This document shows positions 1 to 7,774 of a stretch of 35,015 bases of DNA, piece after piece. Where the stretch lies: NCBI GenBank assembly GCA_964631555.1, contig CAZVYR010000004.1, positions 1 to 35,015 on the forward strand. The letters are read 5' to 3'. The notes under the pieces were generated by a model that worked only from the letters and a program-made list of their open reading frames with translations, was not told the origin of the DNA and ran no database searches. A program made the translations under genes and the position numbers. Position 1 is the stretch's first letter; each line of letters opens with the position of its first letter. The stretch is from an uncultured Leptospirales bacterium (GTDB taxonomy: Bacteria > Spirochaetota > UBA4802 > JAFGDQ01).

Positions 1-536
1 TTCTGGGTGACAACAGGATATGTATAAAGCCAAGAGCACTGAAAAACCGGGGTTCCTTTTGATTCGTACATTTCACCTGTAGAATAGGCCATTGCCCTGA
101 GGATTATTTCAGCCTGTTCAGGCAGGCAGACAAACACGATCAGATCCGGTTCAAACGTAAGCTGATCGAGCCCTGAAAAGACGGCATAGTTGACTGTTCC
201 TGGTTTGAATGTTTTATAGTGAGACATGCAATGCCTGTTGGCACGGCTTTCTTCAAAGATAAACATCCTTTCGCCGATTTCTCCGGAATCACCCCAGTCA
301 GGGCCTTCCATCATTCCAAGAGCGCATTTTCCTGCGCAATCCTCGTTCGCTTTTGTTATAAAAAACGGTTTTTGCCTTTGATCGGCCTCTTTGACCATTT
401 CACAAAGGGAAAGAGTTTTATCTAATTTTTCAATCCCTTCCGGTTCAAAGAATTCGTATTTAATTCCGACCGGTACTCTGTCAAGTTCAAGTTTATTAAA
501 GACGGACAAGTCATGTTTGATGGGTTTTAATGACAT
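1..536 (-). CDS. DUF169 (COG2043-like) family protein; N-terminal part only, gene runs off the left edge
   Basis: Not in the ORF track because it is truncated by the window edge. My reverse-complement translation from the ATG (cat at 534-536) reads MSLKPIKHDLSVFNKLELDRVPVGIKYEFFEPEGIEKLDKTLSLCEMVKEADQRQKPFFITKANEDCAGKCALGMMEG...PDLIVFVCLPEQAEIILRAMAYSTGE..., with no stop down to position 1. The PVGIKY strand, Cys-rich centre and P-x-QA-x-x-L segment match my memory of DUF169. The frame stays open upstream to an alternative ATG at 651-653. Confidence 0.6.
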   Translation of the reverse strand, partial: MSLKPIKHDLSVFNKLELDRVPVGIKYEFFEPEGIEKLDKTLSLCEMVKEADQRQKPFFITKANEDCAGKCALGMMEGPDWGDSGEIGERMFIFEESRANRHCMSHYKTFKPGTVNYAVFSGLDQLTFEPDLIVFVCLPEQAEIILRAMAYSTGEMYESKGTPVFQCSWLYTYPVVTQ

Positions 537-767
537 TGATGTTTTCTGCCTTTTTATATAAGTGTTGAGAGTATCGAAATTCGGAGTTTCCCAAAAGTCA
601 ATCCAATTTCCCCAATTTTTCAAAAACCGTCTAAGACGTAACCAGATTGCCATTCGAAAAGATAAGTTGACCCGGTTTGCAAAATAAGTTTCGGAATACC
701 ATCTTTCGGGAAAAGCGGTAAAGTCAGTGAAAAAATAGTCGATTGATAATTAAATAGGACAAATAAT

Positions 768-1208
768 ATGCAAATAAAAGAATTAAACAGAGACCAGTTG
801 CCGGAAATAAAACATTTATGGGAAGAATTGAATTCCCATCATAGGGATCTTTCGACCAATTTTAAAGAACATTATAAATTCTTTACTTTTGAACAGCGAA
901 TAACCACTCTATTAAATAAGGAGTTTCTATCCGTTATTGTTGCTTCGGATAAGGACAAATATATTGCTTATTGTATTGCATCAGTTGATAAGCACAGAGG
1001 AGAGATAGATTCGATTTATTTAAGGCCTGAGTATCGGGGACAACATATTGGGAATAATTTAATGCTCAGAGCTATGGAATGGCTGAATAAGCATGATATT
1101 AAAGAAATAGATATTATTGTAGCAGAAGGGAATGAGCAGGTGTTTGGTTTTTACGAGAAATTCGGTTTTAAAAAAAGGTTTACTGTATTTCAAAAGATTA
1201 TGATCTGA
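768..1208 (+). CDS. GNAT family N-acetyltransferase
   Basis: 146 aa. Acetyl-CoA binding motif R-G-Q-H-I-G-N-N-L (Q/RxxGxG/A type), followed by the FYEKFGFKK C-terminal signature typical of GNAT enzymes. Confidence 0.8.
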   Translation: MQIKELNRDQLPEIKHLWEELNSHHRDLSTNFKEHYKFFTFEQRITTLLNKEFLSVIVASDKDKYIAYCIASVDKHRGEIDSIYLRPEYRGQHIGNNLMLRAMEWLNKHDIKEIDIIVAEGNEQVFGFYEKFGFKKRFTVFQKIMI

Positions 1209-1337
1209 GATAAAAAATATTAAATGTCGAAGCATAAAAATTACAATGAACAGCTCCGGCATATATGGCATTGGAAGATCGGAATTCTGATCTTTTCTCA
1301 ATCGCAGAATATGAATTATTTTTAAAGATTTAATTAT

Positions 1338-2135
1338 ATGAAACCGGTTATTGAATTTAAAAACATCAGGGTAGTATACAATTACGATAGAGAAGAGAAC
1401 GCGCTTGATCTCGAAGAGCTGATCATCAGGCATGATGAGAATGTTGCGATAATAGGACCGAACGGCGCAGGCAAGTCAACACTCATAAATCTTATCTCAA
1501 GAGATCTTTATCCTGAACCTGATGAAAATACAATATGCAGGATATACGGCAGAGAAAGGTGGAATGTTTTTGATTTAAGATCGCATTTAGGAATTGTAAC
1601 CCCGTATTACCAGCAGAAAGTCGGAGTTGAAACAACAGTATTGGATACAGTTCTTTCCGGATTTTTTTCAAGCATAGGGATCCATGATAAAAGCAATGTA
1701 ACTGAATCTATGGTGAAAAAAGCTGCGAAAGCGCTCGATTTCTTCGGCATATCAGAGCTCGCCGGCAGATCCATGACCGGGCTTTCAACAGGCCAGTCCA
1801 GGCTTGTACTGATAGCGCGCGCACTTGTTCATGAACCGAAATCTCTTTTGCTGGATGAACCGACCAGCGGTCTGGATATTAAAGCCGCTCATATATTCAG
1901 AAAATATTTGATAAAGCTTGCCGACCATGGAACCAATCTGATTATTGTGACGCACAACCTTGAGGATATAGTAACCGGCATAGAAAGAGTGATTATTCTT
2001 AATAAAGGCAGAATGTTCATGGATGGTAAATGTAGAGATATTATTACCAATGGCAATTTGTCTGAACTCTATTCTATGGATATACGGATAAAAAAACGAA
2101 AGATCGGATTCATGGCAGAGATATCCGATTACTAA
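1338..2135 (+). CDS. ABC transporter ATP-binding protein (YlmA/ModF-like stand-alone ATPase)
   Basis: Walker A GPNGAGKST, ABC signature LSTGQSRL, Walker B LLLDEPTSGLD and H-loop VTHN. No permease or binding-protein gene is adjacent. Confidence 0.85.
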   Translation: MKPVIEFKNIRVVYNYDREENALDLEELIIRHDENVAIIGPNGAGKSTLINLISRDLYPEPDENTICRIYGRERWNVFDLRSHLGIVTPYYQQKVGVETTVLDTVLSGFFSSIGIHDKSNVTESMVKKAAKALDFFGISELAGRSMTGLSTGQSRLVLIARALVHEPKSLLLDEPTSGLDIKAAHIFRKYLIKLADHGTNLIIVTHNLEDIVTGIERVIILNKGRMFMDGKCRDIITNGNLSELYSMDIRIKKRKIGFMAEISDY

Positions 2136-2148
2136 TTAGCAACTCACC

Positions 2149-2180
2149 CCGCCCGCAGGGCGGTTCCGCTCAGGGAGCGG
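2149..2180 (+). terminator. Two adjacent short GC hairpins after the ABC ATPase gene (possible terminator; also a member of the repeat family described in findings)
   Basis: Hairpins ccgccc-gca-gggcgg (2149-2163) and ccgct-caggg-agcgg (2166-2180) begin 14 nt after the TAA stop at 2133-2135. There is no clean U-tract, so terminator function is uncertain. Confidence 0.35.
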
Positions 2181-2192
2181 GGATAAATCCTG

Positions 2193-2242
2193 GAGAAACT
2201 AAAATAAACAATAAAATATGATATTATGAAATTTAGTTTCTC
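2193..2242. repeat. 11-bp inverted repeat between convergent genes
   Basis: gagaaactaaa (2193-2203) pairs perfectly with tttagtttctc (2232-2242) across a 28-nt AT-rich loop. It lies between the 3' ends of the ABC ATPase gene and the corrinoid-protein gene. Confidence 0.4.
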
Positions 2243-2312
2243 AGAAGAAAAAGTATAAATAAGTATAAAATTATAAATGTGAGTTCCGGAGCTGCATAAT
2301 ACCAATAGAGGA

Positions 2313-2972
2313 TTAATCTTCAGGGCTTTTATCTATTATCTTTTGGCATATACGAACCCCGTCCATTGCATTGTCCGCCCAGTAATCGGCTCCAACCTGG
2401 CTGCATATTTGTTCGTTAACCTGTCCCCCGATAATATAAGCACGCGGTGATAAGCTTTCTGCAATTTCGTTTCTTAAAAGAGTGATAGTCTCCTGCATCG
2501 GCCTGAATGAAGCAGTAATAAGGCATGAAAGCCCCAGGATAGTCGGCCTGTATTCCTGAACTGCTGCAAGGAATTTAGCAGGCGGAACATCCACACCAAG
2601 ATCATGTACAGTAAAACCATTTACACGCACAAGTGTTTTAAATATATCTTTGCCGATAAAATGGATATCACCTTCGACAGTACCAAGAACTATGCTGCCT
2701 GCATTATTCTCGATGCTTTCGCTTTCGATCAGCGGGAAAACCATTTGGCTGACCTGGCGCATTATCTCTCCTGCCATAATCAGGCCTGATATAAAATACG
2801 TACCCTGCTCATATAATTTACCGACCTCAATCATTCCCTTATGGCAAAGATCAATTATTGTGATTGGGTTCAGACCTTCAGCCATAAACTGTTGGACAAG
2901 GTCCAGCGCAGCCTCCTCCTTAAGCTCGGTAATAAGTGTGACTAGTTTATTTTGATTTTCTGACAGTGACAT
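2313..2972 (-). CDS. Corrinoid (cobalamin-binding) protein, MtaC/MtbC-like
   Basis: 219 aa with an N-terminal helical cap region followed by a Rossmann-type B12-binding domain. It carries the classical D-x-H-x-x-G motif (GDIHFIG), S-x-L (LSCL) and G-G (IIGGQ). Confidence 0.85.
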   Translation of the reverse strand: MSLSENQNKLVTLITELKEEAALDLVQQFMAEGLNPITIIDLCHKGMIEVGKLYEQGTYFISGLIMAGEIMRQVSQMVFPLIESESIENNAGSIVLGTVEGDIHFIGKDIFKTLVRVNGFTVHDLGVDVPPAKFLAAVQEYRPTILGLSCLITASFRPMQETITLLRNEIAESLSPRAYIIGGQVNEQICSQVGADYWADNAMDGVRICQKIIDKSPED

Positions 2973-3003
2973 AACAATGCCTGTACTTGTTTTAAATTTG
3001 AAA

Positions 3004-3774
3004 CTAATTGCTATCGCTTATGCCTATTGTAGTACAGAATTTAAACCGATCCCCGCGGCAAATAAAGCGTCCCCAACTGATCGGGTTATTATTAAAATCA
3101 TAAAAAATATGTTCAATTCTGAAAGCGGGATTCATTTGGATAGTGCTTAGCACGTCGGCTTCTTCCTTGGAAAGAACTGCTGCTTCTATGGCAAGTTTAC
3201 CCATTCTGATTTTTGTCTCTCCTGTTCCTACAAACAGACCGTGTAGAGAAGTAACTTCTAATTCGGCTTCGACGATTGGACGTGTGGGATCATATATCAG
3301 TTGCTCTTTATGATATACTATAGGATCTCCATCCCGGATCAACACCCTCTTGATAAGTATTGTCCTTTCACCGGTTTTTATTTTTAATCTTTTCGATATA
3401 ATTTCATCTGCCTTAATAACAAGTACTTCAAGTATTTTGACTTTTGTTCTTTCCCTGTCCTTAAAAATATTTTTAAATTCTTCCATGCTGAAAGTCATAC
3501 CGCCCAGATCAGGGCCTCTTACATAAGTGCCGCTTCCCTGAATAGTGCTGACAATCCTCTGTTCTATTAATACATTTATAGAACGGCGAACAGTCATAGG
3601 GCTTACCTGGTATTGTTTACAAAGTTCCGATTCCGACGGCAAACGATCGCCGGGCAGGTATATCCCTCTGGCAATTTGATCTTTAAGAGTGTTTACTAAT
3701 TGTAAGTATGCAGGTGTAAATCCATTTCGATCCATAATTGAATTACTATTGATTACTGGAATATTTCGTTTCAC
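3004..3774 (-). CDS. GntR family transcriptional regulator, HutC subfamily (winged HTH plus UTRA effector domain)
   Basis: N-terminal GntR HTH (LPSESELCKQYQVSPMTVRRSINVL) and a C-terminal UTRA-like domain. The annotated start is GTG at 3774; an in-frame ATG at 3735 is an alternative. It sits 31 bp upstream of the corrinoid-protein gene on the same strand. Confidence 0.85.
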   Translation of the reverse strand: MKRNIPVINSNSIMDRNGFTPAYLQLVNTLKDQIARGIYLPGDRLPSESELCKQYQVSPMTVRRSINVLIEQRIVSTIQGSGTYVRGPDLGGMTFSMEEFKNIFKDRERTKVKILEVLVIKADEIISKRLKIKTGERTILIKRVLIRDGDPIVYHKEQLIYDPTRPIVEAELEVTSLHGLFVGTGETKIRMGKLAIEAAVLSKEEADVLSTIQMNPAFRIEHIFYDFNNNPISWGRFICRGDRFKFCTTIGISDSN

Positions 3775-4115
3775 TTTATAAGGATATTTGTTTTATATAA
3801 ATAAAGTCGTCATATATCATTTATGAAGTATGTATATGTCAAGACTTTAATTAGTTATCATATTATGGAGTTATATATATAAATATATAATTTATTAAAT
3901 AAATTATTTATTTAAAGAAGAAATAAAATTTAAGTGTTTGTTAGAAAGTCATTATTTGACATATGTTTCAAGTAATTATTATTAAAGAAAATAAATTTTT
4001 TTAGATTGAGCCTACATTAGTATTATTTTTTTATTTTATGATAATTATAATTGACAAAGTTATATATATAATTTTTATAATTCAACCTATTATTCCTCAT
4101 CGTATTAAGCTTTAC

Positions 4116-4131
4116 ATATTGATGTCAATAT
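4116..4131. promoter_or_regulatory. 7-2-7 perfect inverted repeat, candidate operator in the GntR/methyltransferase divergent region
   Basis: atattga-tg-tcaatat read directly from the sequence. It lies between a TTGACA hexamer (4051-4056) and the methyltransferase start (4366). It is short and AT-rich, so chance occurrence cannot be excluded. Confidence 0.25.
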
Positions 4132-4365
4132 AAATTAACCTGATCCTATGAGTTAAAATTATATTTAATTTATTTAATGATATCTAAATAATTAAATTGT
4201 TTTTTAATATAAAATCAAGTGAGCTTTATGTAAAAATTTTTAAGAATGTCTAAATCAGCAATTTTTTTGTCTTTTCCGGAAAAAAAAAAGATGCTTCTTC
4301 TGTTTATGTATTGTTAATCGGACTTATCGGGATAACGCCGATTAAAACAAATTAAGGAAAACAAT

Positions 4366-5649
4366 ATGGCCCAAGGAACAGAAAAACATTCACTATTAGA
4401 CGAACATAAATCCGCGGAACAGCTATTCATGGAACGTAAACAGCGTGTTGAAGATGCTGTTCTGTTAAGACAACCCGACCGTATTCCTGTCTTTATATCC
4501 ATGGGTTACATGCTGGCTGAGTTAGGCGGTATTACAAAACAGGAATTATACGAAAATCCAGAAAAAACACAGGAAATACTGGAACTGGCTGCCAACCGCT
4601 TTAAACCGGATATGATCAAAGGACTCTGGCATACATCCAAACCCAGCCAGGTTCTGGGTGATTGTATGACCAGGTGGCCCGGCTACGGACTTGGACCGAA
4701 CGGTTCTTTTCAGTTCGTGGAACATGAATTCATGAAGGCGGAAGATTATGATGATTTTTTAAGAGATCCTTCTGACTGGGCGATCCGGGTGTACACACCA
4801 AGGGCTTTCAGCAAACTTAAAGGTTTGTCTATGTTACCGCCGCTTGGAATGTGGCTGTTTGGTTATTATAATATTTTTAATTATTCCTCCTATCTTGCCC
4901 CTGAAGTAATGGAATCACTTGAGGCGATTTATAAAGCCGCAAAGTTTAATTTTGAATGGATTAAGCAGTCGGTTAATTCATCTCAGCGTCTTGCTGCTCT
5001 TGGATTTCCTCCCATGACTTACCTGAGCAATATGTGCGAAGCTCCGTTCGATTTTATGTCTGACACTTTGCGCGGCATGCGCGGTATTTTTCTTGATATG
5101 ATGAGATGCCCGGAGAAATTGCTGGCAGCAGAGGAGATCGTATCACACTTTCAGATAGAGTATGTTGTAAATAATTCCAGGTTAAAGGGAGTCCCTTCAG
5201 CCTTTTTCCCGTTACATCGCGGCTCAGATGGTTTTATGTCTATCCCACAATTTGAGAAGTTCTATTGGCCTCAGTTAAAAGATTTGATGTTGGCTTTGGT
5301 CGACAAAGGCGTTACTCCATGGGTATATTATGAAGGAGTATGGGATAAGCGCCTTGAATATCTGGCCGAACTTCCCAGGGGGAAAACAGTAGGCATATTC
5401 CAGAACAGCGATATTTTTAAAGTCAAAGAAATTGTCGGCGATACAATGTGTATAGTCGGTGGAATGCCAATCCCGATGCTGATAAACTCCAGTCAGGAAC
5501 AGGTTAGGGAATATACCCATGAAGTATGTGAAAAAGTAGGAAAGAACGGCGGTTTTATTTTTCACACCAGTATCAGTGAACTGGAGGGTTGTAATCCGGA
5601 GTTGGTCCAGGTCTGGTTAGATGCTGTGAAAGAATATGGTGTGTATTAA
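4366..5649 (+). CDS. Uroporphyrinogen decarboxylase (URO-D) family protein, probable corrinoid-dependent methyltransferase
   Basis: 427 aa, with AAGGAAA 8 nt upstream of the ATG. The overall sequence resembles the bacterial URO-D/MtaA-CmuA-like proteins that partner with corrinoid proteins. It is divergent from a corrinoid-protein operon. The family call is from memory, not from an alignment. Confidence 0.7.
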   Translation: MAQGTEKHSLLDEHKSAEQLFMERKQRVEDAVLLRQPDRIPVFISMGYMLAELGGITKQELYENPEKTQEILELAANRFKPDMIKGLWHTSKPSQVLGDCMTRWPGYGLGPNGSFQFVEHEFMKAEDYDDFLRDPSDWAIRVYTPRAFSKLKGLSMLPPLGMWLFGYYNIFNYSSYLAPEVMESLEAIYKAAKFNFEWIKQSVNSSQRLAALGFPPMTYLSNMCEAPFDFMSDTLRGMRGIFLDMMRCPEKLLAAEEIVSHFQIEYVVNNSRLKGVPSAFFPLHRGSDGFMSIPQFEKFYWPQLKDLMLALVDKGVTPWVYYEGVWDKRLEYLAELPRGKTVGIFQNSDIFKVKEIVGDTMCIVGGMPIPMLINSSQEQVREYTHEVCEKVGKNGGFIFHTSISELEGCNPELVQVWLDAVKEYGVY

Positions 5650-5770
5650 ATTTTTATATGTGAAAATAATGTAGTTAATTCGCATGTTTCAGTTTTCGGG
5701 TTATTATATTAACGATGTAAGAATAAAGTTAAACTATACAGAAAGATGAAATTTTGAATAAAATACTCCC

Positions 5771-5823
5771 TTCAGGCTTAAGACGGAGGCCGGTGCGAAA
5801 GCATCGGCCTCCTGAGGCCTGAA
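5771..5823. other. GC-rich extended hairpin with GAAA tetraloop (terminator or RNA stability element)
   Basis: A 12-bp stem ggaggccggtgc / gcatcggcctcc (one G-U pair) closes on the loop gaaa (5785-5812). An outer 7-bp helix ttcaggc (5771-5777) / gcctgaa (5817-5823) extends it. It is followed by an A-run on the plus strand rather than a U-run. Confidence 0.5.
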
Positions 5824-6137
5824 AAAACGGATGCCTTGTTCTTGTTGCCTGATTTGGACACTGATTTTGGTCTACTAATGGATTTCTTACAGAGGAGAGG
5901 CGAATTTAAACAGTATCAACCCTCTTTCACAAACAGGTCATTTTATGGAACGGAACTGATACGTCTTTGTAACGGAGAGGAAGCAAATTATTATTATATA
6001 ATATATTATTATAATTATAAATAAACAACATTATACTGAACAATAATTGCTTAAAAATATAATAATATATTTAAAGCATTAATTATAAGAAAAGTATTGC
6101 TCTAATGCAATATCATTTTTAATTCTAAGGAGGGTTT

Positions 6138-7163
6138 ATGATTAAAAAAGTAGTTAATATTTTTTCAGCTTTGTTTTTTATATTGAGCCTGGTTCTCATG
6201 GCAGGGCCGAATCTCGTGATGGCAAAAACTATAGAACTGACATTTGCACATCCCTATCCATCAATGCATCCTCAACATAATGAAGTTCTGGTCCCATGGG
6301 CCAAGAAAATTGAAGAGCAGACAAAGGGCCAGGTCAAGATCAAGTTTGTTACGGGCGGTGCCCTGGGAAAACCAGGACAGGCTTATAACATGATCGAAAA
6401 GGGTATAGCTGACATAGGCTGGGATATATGCGATTATTCACCGGGCAAGTTTCCTCTAACTACAGTTATTGAGCTCCCTTTCATGGTTAAAACCGCTGAA
6501 GCCTCATCTGTGGCAATATGGAAGACCTATGAGAAGTTCCCTGCATTCCAGAATGAATATGCTTCTACTAAACTTCTGGCGTTAAGCGCTCATACACCGG
6601 GATTTTTTGCCACTGTTAAAAAGCCGATAAAAAAACTGAGTGATCTGAAAGGCTTGAAGATCAAGACTGCCAGCAGTTTCACCACGGATGCTTTGCAGCT
6701 GTTCGGCGCTGTGCCTGTAACCCAGCCTGTAACCGAGACATATACCAGCCTTGAGAGAGGAGTACTTGACGGTGTTGTTAATCCTTTCGACGGTATGGTT
6801 ATTTTTAAATTACATGAAAGGCTGAATTATTATACACCTGCTAATTTTTATTCAATGGTTTTCTACATAACAATGAATAAAAATAAATACAACTCTTTAC
6901 CTGATGACATTAAAAAGGTTATAGATGAGAACAGCGGTGAAAGTTTATCAAGATGGCACGGTAAATCATTTGATGGCACCTATGCCAGAATGAAAGTAGT
7001 AGCTGTTAAAAGCGGTATAAAAGAAGTTGATTTTCCAAAGAGCGAGATGAATAAGCTTATTAAAATTACACTGCCGCTGAAAGAAAAATGGGTAAAAGAT
7101 ATGGAAGCCAAAGGATTACCCGGCCAAGCTGTTCTTGACTACATTTCGAAATTACCGAGATAG
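6138..7163 (+). CDS. TRAP transporter substrate-binding protein (DctP family)
   Basis: 341 aa with a signal peptide (MIKKVVNIFSALFFILSLVLMAGPNLVMA) and a strong AAGGAGG RBS. The DctP-type motif DLKGLKIKT aligns with SiaP MKGLKLRV, and DGVVNPF aligns with DGQENPL. Confidence 0.85.
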   Translation: MIKKVVNIFSALFFILSLVLMAGPNLVMAKTIELTFAHPYPSMHPQHNEVLVPWAKKIEEQTKGQVKIKFVTGGALGKPGQAYNMIEKGIADIGWDICDYSPGKFPLTTVIELPFMVKTAEASSVAIWKTYEKFPAFQNEYASTKLLALSAHTPGFFATVKKPIKKLSDLKGLKIKTASSFTTDALQLFGAVPVTQPVTETYTSLERGVLDGVVNPFDGMVIFKLHERLNYYTPANFYSMVFYITMNKNKYNSLPDDIKKVIDENSGESLSRWHGKSFDGTYARMKVVAVKSGIKEVDFPKSEMNKLIKITLPLKEKWVKDMEAKGLPGQAVLDYISKLPR

Positions 7164-7273
7164 TAATTTTAGTTAAATGAAAATTAAATAAATATATTAT
7201 CAGGGCAAGACAGCATTTCTTGCAGCTTGTCCTGTTAATAAAATTAGATCATACCCGGAGAGGTATTATTAAG

Positions 7274-7774
7274 ATGATTAAGCAGACTATTCTAGAAAAG
7301 ATCGGGCTGATCAGTAAATCTCTGTCATATTTAGGGAATATATCACTAGCAGGTATGATGTTGCTGGCAACTGTTGACGTTGTGGGACGCTATTTTTTCA
7401 ATTCACCGCTGCTGGGTGCTTATGAAATTACCGAATATCTTATGATTATAATAGTGTTTGCATTTCTGGGACTGGCACAATCGGAAAAGTCCCACATCAA
7501 TGTTGATGTTGTTTTCAACCATCTTCCTCCTAAAATGCAGGCTGGACTCGAATGGTTCAACCATTTGATATGTTTTTTAATTTTTGCGCTGGTTTCCTGG
7601 AGAGGTATCCACAGGACAATAGATATGATAACTTCAGGTGAGGAATCGATTCTTTTAAAGATACCTGATTACCCTTTCGCTATTTTTATGGTGCTCGGCA
7701 GCATAGTGCTGACTATTGAGTTTTTAAGAGATGTTATTAGTCTCAGCGGGTCTAAAAAGGAGGATAAAGCATAA
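7274..7774 (+). CDS. TRAP transporter small permease (DctQ family)
   Basis: Four predicted TM segments, positioned between the DctP-like and DctM-like genes. I prefer the ATG at 7274 (GGAGAGG about 10 nt upstream) over the TTG at 7220 given in the ORF track. Confidence 0.8.
   Translation: MIKQTILEKIGLISKSLSYLGNISLAGMMLLATVDVVGRYFFNSPLLGAYEITEYLMIIIVFAFLGLAQSEKSHINVDVVFNHLPPKMQAGLEWFNHLICFLIFALVSWRGIHRTIDMITSGEESILLKIPDYPFAIFMVLGSIVLTIEFLRDVISLSGSKKEDKA

Noticed and set aside
1059-1433. 124-aa minus-strand ORF spanning the GNAT 3' end and the ABC ATPase 5' end. The same class includes the other antisense or overlapping ORFs in the track: 219-425, 2604-2789, 2650-2955, 4314-4502, 5275-5565, 7669-8025, 7949-8287, 8056-8253, 8092-8283, 8266-8478, 8590-8784, 8795-9043, 11435-11671, 11577-11762, 13181-13372, 13251-13445, 13472-13771, 13566-13916, 13946-14209, 14052-14426, 15811-16005, 18011-20872 (eight ORFs), 21258-21902, 23806-24253, 25510-25896, 26640-27102, 27172-27369, 28488-28721, 28672-29061, 30011-30217, 31993-32504 and 33920-34216.
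   Set aside because: Each lies inside, or antisense to, a longer ORF with clear family motifs. Their translations are low-complexity or compositionally odd, and none has a convincing RBS. They are shadow ORFs.
5836-6024. 62-aa TTG-initiated ORF in the methyltransferase-TRAP spacer. I also checked this leader for riboswitch signatures, prompted by two GGAGAGG motifs.
   Set aside because: The ORF ends in an AT-repeat-derived YYYIIYYYNYK tail and has no RBS. I could not match glycine, THF or cobalamin riboswitch cores by eye. I leave it as unexplained spacer rather than calling a feature.
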